A stretch of DNA of 64,000 nucleotides from Chrysomallon squamiferum. Its lineage: Eukaryota > Animalia > Mollusca. The translations under genes were made by a program, and so were the position numbers. A model generated the notes under the pieces. The model was not told the DNA's origin and did no database searches. It was given only the letters and a program-made list of their open reading frames with translations. The DNA is taken from positions 14,632,001 to 14,696,000 of the forward strand of contig CM022678.1 in NCBI GenBank assembly GCA_012295275.1, written 5' to 3'. Position 1 is the first letter of the stretch. Each line of letters opens with the position of its first letter. Below, one piece after another: positions 39,601-53,186 of the stretch.

Positions 39601-42600
39601 CATTCATGTATTTATATTCAGTAAAAAAAAAAAAAAAAAAAAGAAGGAAATAAACACTTTTCACAAACCTGATTGTTGGATTTCCTCCATATAAAACATA
39701 CACTCCAGCTTCACGATTTTGAAATATTTCATTTTTTTTAATCTGACCACGTCCACTTCCAAGGACAACAATTCCTGACCGCTTACCATGATGTATTCTG
39801 TTACTCTGAATTAAAAATAGTTTTATTAATATTTGTAGCTTTTTTAACCTTATTACCAAACAAAACATGAAGCCTAAGTTATTGTGACATCATAAGTTAA
39901 AGTTTAAATAAGCTAAACTACCAGCCAGAAAATACAGTAATCTCAATAAAAAATGTTCTTCTTTAATTTTTATTGTTTCTTTTTTTAAATCCAAAATGTA
40001 TACATGAGATAAGGAGATAATGGTCAGTCTTGTGAATAATTACCATACATTATTATTTTTAAAAAAGGTTAGCAGTTTATGGTAGATTTAAAAAAAAAAA
40101 AAGTAATAATAATAATAATAATAATATTAATAATAAAACACAAATTTATTTGTCATTTTATTAAAATATAAAAATAAAATATTATAATTAAGTTTATATC
40201 AAAATAAATTTTATAGAATTGTTGATCTAAAAAAGGAAAAAGTACTTCTTTTTCAGAAAATTATTAAAAAATATTAATACAATTTTGCAATAAGTCAAAA
40301 GAACCAAAAAAACACCAAACAACATAAAACATAAAAAATATATTAATAAAATGATAAGCTAACAATTTATATAGAGAGGACAGTAACCTGAACTATAGGA
40401 TCAGCATTCTTTCTTATGTCCAGGCCAGCCTCCGCATTCGAGTGAATGTCATTACCTTAAAGACAATAAAATTTAAAAAATTAAATATATATATATATGT
40501 ATTTATACACACATGCATCACTCACACACGCACACATTTTTATTATATATTATTAAGAAAATAAATGCAGGTAAATATATATATATTTTCTTACAAATAT
40601 ATAATAAAATTATATAATTTCTTCAATTACTGTTTAACAGCCAAAACATAACAGTAAAGGTTAATTAAAAGTTTAAAATATAAATGCTAGACAACTTTAT
40701 CATAGACGCTACAGTCTGTGACTGAAGAATTTTATTATATTTAGGTAAGAGAATATAATTACATAGTTCAAATATAAATCAACATTCTGGTTTCCTCTTT
40801 TCTACTTTAGTAAGATATAGCTAGAGTTAAGAAACATTGTTGTGAATAATTTTTAGAGAATTTTACTTGTTTAAGTATCTGTATCAAAATTATTTTAGAT
40901 TCCATAAGGCCTATTATAATGTACATTTAGTTCTGTCAGGTTATTTGTTTATATAATGACAAAATAAACCAGTCTACCTGCTATTAAGCCAGATGATGCT
41001 AATCTCATAAATATTCCTGATGTCAGACAGTGATGTATTCTGTTCTTCAACATCACAACCTGAAACAATTATTTATTCCAGATAAAGTGGGAAGTTCATA
41101 GAGATTGAAAAACTAATTAAATGAGTGAATCATTGCATTAGGATAAGATTGAACATTGATGTAATTATTTAAAAAAAAGATATATATGATGTATATTTGT
41201 TTTTTTAAATATTGTTTTTTGTGCTACCCTTTAGATTTAGATCTCAGCATCTCCAAAAGAAAAACAAAAAACAAAACAAAAAAAAGAAATAAACTCATCT
41301 TGATAAATTTTATTGCCTACAGTTGTAAAAGTATAAAATGGTGTGTCATTGTGTGTATGCATGAATGATGGTATCTTTTTAAAACAAAAAAATCATTTTG
41401 TTAATGATGATTTAACTGGTATTTATCAATACTCTTAATTTAATATATATAATGTGTGTGTGTGTGTGTGTTAAAATTTTAATGATTCTGTGTAGTAAAA
41501 ATTTTTCATGAACTGGCTTAATTCTACCTTAATAAAGTGTAACTGTCTGAAAGAGGTCATGCAAAAGTGTAACATTAGTCAGTACTGTGAAGAAATTCAC
41601 TAGGGACAGTCACAACAAATGTTCACAGAAATAAACTGCTTGTCATTTAATTGTTTCAAAAATAGCTCAGTAGGTTAAAACAGTTCTTTCTTTACATTTT
41701 CATCATGTTGAATTCTCCATATAAGAGTTGATTTGATAATCAATACAAGATGTCAGGGGATAGCTGCTTTCGTAGGCAAAACAGACCAGGTTAATCACAA
41801 TTAGAATTTAGATAGACTATTGTTACTGACTGAAACCCTTTTACAGAGACTGTATATTTAAAAATATTTTATAAGTAATGCTCATCCAAAATTTTACATC
41901 CAAATTTTCAGAATATTAAACATAAAATTAGAAAAGAAAATGGATTTATCAGCTGAGAAGTAATAACCATTCCCACAAATTGTTTTACATTGAAAACTTT
42001 CATAATATTAAAATAATTTTCATTTTTTATTTAATTTTCAGTCAGGTGTATTTTCTAGACTTTGTGATATTTATATAATTATATCTGTGGCAAATAATTC
42101 TGCTATTTTACAGAAAATTGTTAGGTCTCAGATATTATTATGTATTTATTAGATACCAGATTATGTGTTTTATTAGATACCAGATTCTGTGTTGTATTAG
42201 ATATTAGATTATGTGTTTTATTAGATATTAGATTATGTGTTTTGTTAGATATTGATTATGTGTTGTATTAGATATTAGATTCTAGGTTTTATTAGATACC
42301 AGAGTCTGTGTTGTATTAGATATCAGATTGTTTTATTAGATAACCACATTATGTGTTTTCTTAGATATCAGATTATGTGTTGTATTAGATATTACATTCT
42401 GTGTTTTATTACACATTAGATTATGTGTTAGATATCAGATTATGTGTTGCATTAGGTATCAGATTATGTGTTGTGTTAGATATTAGATTATGTGTTGTAT
42501 TAGATATCAGATAATATTATTTTATTAGATAACAGTACTTACCCTTGCATTCTGTATACATTTGATACCGTAGTCAACGTTGCTGATGTCACACTCACAT

Positions 42601-45084
42601 ATCATCGCATGTGCCTGAAGACTGACCACAACACCACCTTTACTGTGCAACACCTGACATTTGTTTATCAGACAACCTTGAATCTTGTCAAATGCAGTCA
42701 CCAAAAGATTTTCCAAAGAAAAACTGAAATTTAAAAACAAATGAAAATACAGTATTTCTAAATTAAAACAAAATAAGAATATACTTCCATTTATTCATAT
42801 AATATAACACTCATATAATTATTATTTATAATTCATACCTCTTGCAAATAATATTGTACTGAAATACAGTATTATAATTTTTATAATAATAATACATAAT
42901 TAACTGTATAGAAATATTCACCTGACAGAGACAGGCCTTGTCTGACTGCAGACTGATGCAACATCAGCATCAACATTATTAGCTGAGACAGAGTTGCCAA
43001 CTTGTTGCATACGCAGATGTGGCAACATGATGATTGAGTCTTCACTGGAAGAAAATTCATCAGTGTCTGTGTGTAGAATGTTGTTGTCACTGTCAGAGTC
43101 TGAGTCACTCATAGAACTCAGGTCATTAGCTGATTCTTCTGTGAAAATTATAATATATAACATTAACATTAATATATAACATTAACTTGTAATAAACAAA
43201 GAAAAGTATAGAAACTAGTCAGTAATCTCTTATCATTCAAACACAGTAGGCATAAAGGAAAAAAGTTAAATAATAAAGTAAAAAAATGAACTTTTTCATT
43301 CTTAATAAATTAATTTTGTTATCTAGGTTTCAGTTTTACTAATGTCATAAACAAACATTTATAAATTAATAAAAACAACATTAAAACAACTGAATAGATC
43401 TGAATTTTTCCAAACACTGATCTAAATATAAAGTTTAAACAAACCTCCAGAACTTGATCCTCCTGAGCCAAAGTCTTCTAAAAGTGAAAGTGATTCAACA
43501 TCACTGTCATACAGTGCAGAATGATCACTTCTTTCATCAGCGTTATTGTGAAGCAGTGCATCATCTCCTAGTAATGGCTGCTGTCTGCCATCACCATTTC
43601 CAGCATCATTTGGATAATCAGGAAGAGCTCTTTTATAAGAAAGTTCTCGGTGAATTAAAATGTTTGCTTCATTTTGATTTATACGACCTTCACACATATA
43701 GTGAACAAACTGACTATGACAATCTCTTTGTATGTTTTTATCACAGCCAGATGTACAATTATTACAAACATTGAGAGAATAATCCTGATTCTGAGAGTAC
43801 AAAGACATCTTTTTCATACTGGACACTTCAGATATATCATTTGCCTGATTGCGTTTGTTTGGTGAGGAAGTGTCTAGTAGTTCACTACTTGCTATGTTTG
43901 TAGCAGACTGGACAACAGAACCCTGACTTTCTGAAGATTTCATAGTTACATGAGAACTTTGATGGTCATCTTCAGAATTGTGGGTTTCCAGAACTGCATT
44001 CATTTTTTCACACAAGTGTGGAAAGGTCCAGTTTTTCTCCTCCTTCATGTAGCCTTCCACAATGATAGATGCTATATCACTTTGAGAAAATTCACAGTTT
44101 TCAATAATACTGGCATTTATATGTTGCAGAATCACTGTGGCATGACGGAATGTACAAAAAGAAATATGGCAGGTCCCAGGATGTTGGATGTAAACCATGC
44201 CATCCTCCAGAATACAGTTGTCCATTTGCATAAAACCTGATCTTATCTACAACATAATTAACCATGTAAGTAAACAAAAGCCAGTTATACATAGCCATTG
44301 ACAAGATTAAAAAAACTGATCTGTTCAGTAATCTATCATTTTCAGAACACTATTAAAATATGCAAGTAAAGTCACTATGTAAAAATATACAGATGCTAGA
44401 AAACTGTATTTGCTTCTTAACTCAAATGTGTTTACTTACCTTTAAAATGAAAGTTGTAAACCAGGGAGCCCTGAAAACCAAGTTGTTTAACCTGGCTGTA
44501 ATTGCCACTTGTTCTATGGACACTACAAGAATGACACTTCCAAGTTCACCATGGCCTACAAGCTCAAATGGAATTTTTGATGACATTTCAAACTGTTCAT
44601 CATAGATGCCTGGGTAGACTTCAATCCTGTCGTAACTATTGGCAACTGCTAAAGCGCTTTTTAATGATTCATGTTCTAAACCAGGTCCAACTTTGATGAC
44701 CTTTCTTTCCCTTCTTCTTTTCAAAGCATATAAACAGCTGGAATGTTTATGTTCTGTTGAAATCCGTGACCAGTAATGGACTGAGACATAGTGCTCCATA
44801 AATGCTTTCTTCCATGAAGGTGGGTCACATGTAACTTTGAGTGGCCAATATGGATGTCTCCAGTCAATGCACTTCAAGTAGAGTTCCTTCCATCGAGTAG
44901 AGTCTAAACTATTGACAAGATCATTCCATGTTTTATTTACTAGACTTGCCTGACAGAGTTCTAAAGCTGATAAATACGAGAGAATCATCTGCCAGATTTC
45001 CCATGGTAATCCAGATTTATCTCCTGGCAAAACTTTGCTGTGAGCAGTAGTGTCAGTTTTCACTGTTGTTGTAGACATTTTCAT
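34852..45084 (-). CDS. FBXO10: F-box only protein 10 (F-box, PbH1/CASH beta-helix repeats, C-terminal CaaX), 15 coding exons, ~1090 aa
   Basis: Exons: 45084-44440, 44246-43445, 43138-42922, 42723-42543, 41059-40978, 40455-40388, 39805-39669, 39253-39183, 38708-38556, 38239-38133, 37751-37619, 36955-36786, 36150-36013, 35661-35486, 35044-34852. F-box LPWEIWQMILSYL...W; WRHPYWP; NRIHHGKRSGIVVLGSGRG and GNQWGGIDIRHGGNP beta-helix repeats. It ends in CRIL* and has no UBR box, which favours FBXO10 over FBXO11. Confidence 0.93.
36620..36672. repeat. (TG)n microsatellite
   Basis: Uninterrupted TG run. Confidence 0.95.
42130..42530. repeat. 24-bp minisatellite (consensus ATTAGATATCAGATTATGTGTTGT), about 16 diverged copies
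   Basis: Tandem units are visible in the FBXO10 intron next to the donor at 42542. Confidence 0.9.
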
Positions 45085-45609
45085 ATATTTCTAAATGTAG
45101 AAATAAAAAAATAAATAAAATAAAATAAAATAAAATAAAATAAAATAAAATAACCTTAACTGCACAGGATATTTTCAACTCAACTGATATTTTTAATTCT
45201 ATTTTGGGTTTTTCTTGTCCTGTCACAAGCAACACTTTATGATTTGTCATTTGGTAATAACATTGTTAATTTAGTGTACCACTTATAATAGGCACCAGTA
45301 GACAGAGAACTTATTATTATTAATTTTTTTTAATGTTTTATTTATATTACATATTGCTAGTAATAAAATAATAAAATAATATGAGAATGTTAGGACAGTA
45401 TGCTGTTCTAACATTCAGTTTTATATAGAAAGGCATTAAAACAAAACCATGGTTAGAAATAACTACTTTGCATTGATTTACTAAATTTTTGGGGGATTTA
45501 TTTTACTTAGGAGAGCAATGAAATATTGTAAAATGAAAACAGTTATACCTAAGTTGTACCTGAAATAAATAAATAAATAAATAAACTGAATTTAAATAAA
45601 GTATTGAGT

Positions 45610-45610
<1 letters not shown>

Positions 45611-45659
<49 letters not shown>
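45611..45659. repeat. (TAA)n microsatellite
   Basis: Seen directly in the sequence. Confidence 0.95.
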
Positions 45660-45661
<2 letters not shown>

Positions 45662-46213
45662 CGATCTCCATATACGCCATTATGGTTTGTTATATAAATA
45701 ATAAGCGTACTGTTATGCACTCATTCTGAAAACTTTGTTTATGATCATTAACAGCATTGCTCATCCAAATTTATTTCCAGATTACACTAATTCATTAAAA
45801 AATAATTATATTTAATCTTCATAAAAGTTATATTAACGTTATAACAAACATTATTAACTAATGTTAAGGATAATGCGATGATCTATCGGTTTACAAATTG
45901 ACGTCTGCAAGAACCTGCTTTTCCTCTTAATTCAAGTTTTATAATTAAATAATTATAAAAAGATGAAATATCATGCATTATGGTTGTGTAAATAATGGAT
46001 TTAGCAAATATTAATAATTTTAAAAAGTTTGATAAATAATAAAAAGGTCATCCACAATGAGCTTTTTTCTGAAATCTTTTCCGAATCTTTTTTAAGTCGC
46101 TAAGGACGCGCAATCATTATCATGACTATAAAGTGAAATGGTAATAACAAAATTCACAACGATTTAGCCTTTGATAACAGCCGAAATTGCTGTAACATTT
46201 TTTTATTACTTAC

Positions 46214-46360
46214 CTAATGCAACCTTGTTTTGTAATTAACAGTACATGGTTAAACAACCGAAGAAATACACTGACGATAGAACTGTTTATGTGCAGGAAC
46301 TGTAGCAGCCATCTTGTTCCTTTTTAATTAATTTTTTTTATTATTCCTATTGGGACGCGG
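46214..46360 (-). promoter_or_regulatory. Probable FBXO10 non-coding first exon and promoter
   Basis: YY1-type CAAGATGGCTGC on the minus strand at 46316-46305, strong donor TAG|GTAAGT at 46214/46213, and CpG enrichment at 46080-46380. Confidence 0.55.
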
Positions 46361-47191
46361 TCTCATTGATCAGTTTATCGTACTTTTGTGAATACAACAT
46401 AGTGATTATAGCTGTAATTAATGATTTTTGTTTAGGTATTTTTTATTTAATACTAAATAGTACTTTATTATTTTAATATATATATATATATATCTTAATT
46501 TATTAGAATGAGAATTAAAGTAATTTATGTTTGTTTAACGTTTAATTTTTTGTTTCTTTCTATCAGTGTTTTACCGGGAAAGTAAATCGTGAATATTATT
46601 GTTCAAGAAATTAATTGTGCTTTTATGTCTGGAAACCAAAGTTGTCATACGTGCGCTAACAGTTCATAATAGCTCATATGTGTATATGTGGTGTTTAAAT
46701 ATATATTGCAAACAGACAAATGTGTTTTTCAATCATACACTTTGATTGCTACATTCTCATTATACACAGACATGTATACAAACATTCCTGAAGACACATT
46801 CACACACACCATGAATACAACAACACATCGACATTCTGTACCACATTATAATATATGACAAATACAAATGAAATATACAACAGCAGAATACACTCACTTG
46901 CATACACGTTCAGAGAAATGGAAATATTTTCTGGAGCCATTCTCAAACTTCTAGCAAAGAAAGAATATAATTTTACTTAGTTAATACAAATTGCCCATTT
47001 ATTTTGTTTCTCTCTCTCTCTCTCTCTCTGTGTTAAATGAGGGTTTTGTAATTGTATGTTATTTAGGTTGGAGTAATATATTTTTGTCTTTATTTATTTT
47101 ATTTTGTTTTCTTCACTGGACTTTTATTATAGATTTGTATCAATTTCTAACATTTAATATTTTCATTATCTTTAATTCAGGACCATATGGA

Positions 47192-47260
<69 letters not shown>
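47192..47260. repeat. (AAT)n microsatellite
   Basis: Seen directly in the sequence. Confidence 0.95.
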
Positions 47261-47266
<6 letters not shown>

Positions 47267-47729
47267 AATAAAATATACAGAATGGCATTTAAATAATGAA
47301 TGTATGTGGTTTCATTTTATTTAATTTCTGCTTCAACACAATTGTTATTTCTTTTCTATGTAAATGCACTATGTAGACACAAAACAATTTCATTTAAATG
47401 TAATAAATTATTCTTTAATCCTCTTTAACAATTCTGCAACAAACAACAGAAAAAAAAAGAAACATAAAAAATAGAAAATACCATTTTGTTGAACACAAAA
47501 CAAAGTTAGGCTCTGTAAAACCTAACAACTGTACATTATTCAAAACATTTAAACAACTTCTCATGATTTTCAATGAATTATTTATGTTCAGAACACCTTT
47601 TAAATTTGTTGTTGTGATTTATAAAGAAATAATTTAGACATTTATGTATAATCAATATATATTTATAACATGTATATTTTAGATTTTTAAAAAAAAATGA
47701 AAAATAAAAGTCATTCATTGTGGTTTTCT

Positions 47730-48128
47730 CTATTTAACAATTCTTTCTTCTTTGGCACTAGTTTTTCTGTTCTGAGATTCTCGTTTAATTGTGTTTGAAT
47801 GTACAGGAGCCGTCTGTGGTCGGTTGATTTTTGGAAACTGCTGACAGAACCACTCTTCAAACTCCTCAACAGTCATTTCCACAATCTTCTCTCTGCAAAA
47901 CTCAATGGCAGCACTTATATCCGGACTGCAGATCTCCCATTCTCGAATAGTTTCCAGAACTTTGAGAAACTTGTAAACACTTTGTTTGCTTGTATTCTCA
48001 ACCTGTGAAGAGAAAATTAAAATAATAAAATTATGTATGTATAATATAACATAAAATAATATAAAAGTTTCTAACATATTATAATCCTGTTGATATAAGG
48101 AGTAAACAAATTTATTAAAGTATTTAAC

Positions 48129-48169
<41 letters not shown>

Positions 48170-51100
48170 GGTCTTAAGAAATATTTTTTTAATGAAAACA
48201 ACTAGTAATTTACAAAACTATAAAATCAATATAAAATTAAAATAAAATGTTCAAATAAATGTTCTTGTGAAAATTATTTTGTTATTTTATTAGTTTTAAC
48301 AATGTTTTATTATTATATAACGACAAAAAAATGGAAGTGCAAATGTTTATTTTTCATGCATATAATGATATATAATAATGTGATTAATGTGAACAATTAA
48401 CAGAATTCAACAAGTGCAAATATTTCATTATTGTGTTAAAGGAGAGAGAAAACAAATTTTGTTTGAAACATTTAAATAAATAGATTTCAGTTTCAATAAA
48501 ACTTTTTGTATTTGATTTTAAGTGAAGATTTAACTTATTAACCAGATATTTTAGTTAAGAGCAGAAATTTAAAAAATACAATTGTAACTAAATAAACATG
48601 TTTGCCAGTTCATTTAGATGTATATTTTTGATGTAAATAGTTTTATACTTACTCATGAGTAATTATAATTTTAATAATTTTTCTTTTTGACTTTTTAATA
48701 ATTATTTACATCATACTGAATAAAACTGTTTATTGTGAAAAAAATAACCTGCATCGACAAATAAACAACAACATTCATGCTCAGCATCAAACATGTGACT
48801 GTGCAGTGTTTCTTCTTGAAACATCTGTGATAAGCGTGCAATATGCACAAACAAAATTCTGCAGTAATACCTGAACCAACTGGATTTTCACAGACTTTCT
48901 CCTACATTTTGGCTATGGATGAAAACATTACACAGATATAAACACTAAACAGTTTATGTAAATACTATTTGTTCTTTGATGGGAACCACATTCTCCTTTC
49001 ACTTAATGATATTAGTTATATTTTAATGAATTGGAGATTCTGATCTTATCATCAAGAGAGTTTGTTAAACACTAGGTAGTTAATAAACAGTAAAATGAGT
49101 TAATTTGAAAATAAGTGAAATATTCATATTTCTTCAATATATTTTTTATTTTAATATTTCAAATCTTAATAAATTATATCTGTTTTTAATATAAAATAAT
49201 GCAGTCTACCAGAATAACAATTACACTATTTAAATATAAAAGGAAAAATAATAAAGTAAAGGTTTCTCACCAGACCAAAATTTGCTAACTTGTTGAGAAT
49301 TTTCCTGTAATACCATTTTTCTTTTAAATCAGCAGGAAGACTGGAAACTAAATCAGTGTACCTGAAAGTAAAATTTAAACTATTGTACAAAAATATCTCA
49401 TACAATTTTTCAAAAAAGAAAATAATCTTATTTTACTTTGCATTAAAAGAATTAGAAAAAAAGGGTTTTTTTTCAGTGTTTTATATCTTCAAAAACAGTG
49501 TCTGTGTGTTTGACACAAATGTACTTAAATACATACAGAGACATAATATATTCAGTTCATTAATGTTAGTTATACAATTAAAGGTGTTTGATGTATTTCT
49601 TAGATCAGATGAAAAAAAATGTCCGAATCAGTAATTATGTGGATGAAATTGTGATGTTACTCAGTAGTAGACATTAAAAATAAACTTGCCAGTTTCCTTT
49701 AAATGTAGGTTTCTTTTTAAGCTGTTCTGTGGTGGGTCGGGGTGTCAGTCCTGCACTGCCCAGTCTCATGGCTCTGAGATTCTTGTGAAAGTTGTGTCCT
49801 TCTGCTTTCATTGCCATAAACTTGTTTTGACATTTTGTCATCCGATCTCTGGAAAAAGAGAGATTTAATTATTTTAATCTGTAATGAGAGATAATTGATT
49901 TATAATTAAATCATCTTAAATACAGTTTGAATCATCAGTAAGTCAAAACTGATGTCATAAATAAAGTTACCAAATTAAAAAGTTATTTTTTGTTTTGTTT
50001 GAACTTTATAGTAAGGATGATAGTATAAATTACAAAAATGCTTTATTATAAATATTAATTACACAATACTTCTAACTTAAAACATATATATATAAATATT
50101 TGAAAAAGTTAATAAAAATTTACTGTGTTGAATTTTTTTTTTATCATTTTAAATTAGACTTATTAGAAATGTACTTACGTAATACTTGTCATATTTCTGT
50201 GGAGTCGCTATGTGTAAATTAATGAAGATTGCAAAGGAAAAATAAATAAACTAACAACAACTTAATGTAAATAACAAAATTTCTACCTGTCTATCTGTTC
50301 TAGGATATCATGCAGACTAAGAGCTTTATCCTCCAATACTTCAGAAAATTTCTGTCTCATTTCTTGAGTCATTGGAGAGTGTTTGTTGCTAGGTAACTGT
50401 GCTTTGTATTCTAACAAAGCTGTAGTGCTTTAAAAAGAAAGATATAAAAACTAAAATTCTAAGACATATAGTTTATTAAAATAAACTTATAATATTAAAA
50501 CTACTTCCTTGTAAGTTTATAATATTGTGCTCACTATTTGTTTATGTTAAAAAAAATCCTGCTTTCCAGACTTTGAATCTGTAAATGTATTTTTATCATT
50601 ATCTATGTTCATTGTGGATTTATTTATCTTTGTGATTTGTCTTTATAATATATTGTGATGCATATATTTCTAAATAATACTAAATAATTATATTATATAC
50701 ATGTATTTTAACATTATTTTCATAGTCTGAATCCGATCATGTATGTATGTTTATAATATCTACCTTCTTGTCTGATCTTTATCATGTATATATATGTGCT
50801 TAGGAGTTTGAGCATGTTTTTGTAATCTCATACTTTTTCTTGTGTGCATGTTTGTTTTTAAATTTACTTTCATGACTACATATGCATGTTTATAATAATC
50901 ATTTTTTATCCATCTGATCTTTGTGACACTTAGGTGTACATTTGTTTCTACATCATACTTTCTGTTGTATGTGCATGTTTTTAAAATTATCTTCGTGATC
51001 TGATCATGTATGTCTGTGTTTATAATGATCTTTGTGGTGTGAAAAGTGTGTGCATGTGTCTGTTATGTAGATGAGTTTATAAAGTTACCTTCGAGGTCTG

Positions 51101-52049
51101 ATCATGTGGATGTTAGCTCTGTATTCCTGAAGTGACCTTTTTTCTCTGTGAGCTGGTGAACTCTGCTTGTTTTCCTCATCAGCATCCTTGGTTTCAGAAA
51201 AAAAATTAAAAATAACTGCAAAACAATTTGCTAAGAAATATAACAAAAATTATAGTTTATAACTTTTTACCTTTTTTTTTCAGTTATTGCTACAGAAAAT
51301 TTATAACTTGATGAAAAAGTTGAAAAAAATAAATTAACTATTTAGAGGATTATAAGATGTTTAAAATATATATATATATATTTTAATTGTTTTGTAAGGT
51401 TTACATTGAAATTACTTAATTTGGATGTCTTTGTTCTCATTGGCCAGTGAACTTACCAAATGTCTAGATTCACTTTTACGTTGAGTAACCTGAAATGTAA
51501 GTGTACAGGTGAATTTATTTTAAAAATCAATTAATTCATAAAGATCAAATCAACTCAAGACCACATGCAGATTTGTGTAATAAATCTACCAACTCTTATA
51601 ATAAAATTCTGTACTAACAACTATGAATTAGACTAATTGTAATAAATGAAACTGAAAGAGTATCAAAAATAAAATTAAAACTCACAGTATTTGAATGTTC
51701 TTGTGATTTAGCAGATTTTCTAGATGATCGTCCATCACCATCAGTTGTACTGTTTGAAAAAAAAAAAGTTCTATGTGTTATTCTACATATAGATACTGAA
51801 ACAACTTTACAAATATGTAACTATTTTTATCTGGATGTAATAATAACAAAACAGCCCTGTAAAATAATTATTTGCTACTTCAAACTGTAAATGTCATAAA
51901 TATATTTTACTTAAAAAAAACCTGAAATTCCAAATACTACTACTAATAAAAAATATATATTAAACTTTAAAACACCTAAATTATTTAATTATCCTTACTT
52001 TGTTATATTTTATTCTTTTATTTATAACTTTTATTATAATTTAAACAAG

Positions 52050-52090
<41 letters not shown>

Positions 52091-53122
52091 GATAATCAGT
52101 TATAATAATGATGATAATGGTAACAATAATGATAATAGTAACAAAAAAATAACGATAATATTGATGATAATAATGATAACAATAATAACAATAATAATGG
52201 TGATAATAATGATAATGATGATAATAATAATGATAATAATAATAATAAAATCTACCGAATGTCTTTAGTCTTTATGTCTGACTTCCTGCGGGTTCTAGCC
52301 ACAGTGATGTTGCCAACATCTTCCTGGGATGATTCCTTTCTTAAACTCTCATAATACTCATCAAGAAATCGAAATATACCTAAAATTATCAATCATTATT
52401 TTTACATTACTTATAATTTTATCTATACATGCTCTGTGTATGTTCAAATAATTATATTAATGTCTTCTTTTGTTTATATAAGCATATTTTAATGTACTTA
52501 TCTGTTTGTGGGGATGTGTATGTGTGTGAAATATACCAATGCAACTGTGAATGCATGGAAGCTGAACTATTTCCTTTTAAATAAATCAATATAACTAATC
52601 AATTTAGAATGTGTAAAAAAAAAGTATTTACTGTTATCTTATTATGGAAAATGAAGTAAACCTACTCTCAGAATATTGTATCTCATCAGTTCATGACGAT
52701 TTTTTTCAATATTTACTTACATAAAATGATATTATTAAAAAATGCATAAAATATACTGATTGTTAACGTCTTGTAGAAAATGAAATAAATTTACTCGTGT
52801 ATATTTCATATAATAATGCTATAAAGACTTTTTATTTAAACATTTATCTGCATGAAATGAAATCATTGTAAAAGTATTTATTTTTAACCTGCTGTGGGAC
52901 GTGAAATCAACTTACTCTTGTTATATGAAGCGTCACTGGAGTCTTCTTCTGTATTGGAGTCTGTGTTGTCTTTTCCCTGTTTTTCCATGGCTGTTGTCAG
53001 GTTCAGTTGCTGTGAAGAACTGGCGCTGCTAGGTGGAGGGGAAACAGAGGACCGAGGACCAAGGAATGTGCTGCGTCGACCAACTGGACGAGACTTAAAT
53101 ATACTACTTTTCTTTACCTGTA

Positions 53123-53186
<64 letters not shown>

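Noticed and set aside
42130-42530. Regular repeat array considered as a CRISPR array
   Set aside because: It has contiguous degenerate units without unique spacers, no cas genes, and sits in a eukaryotic intron.
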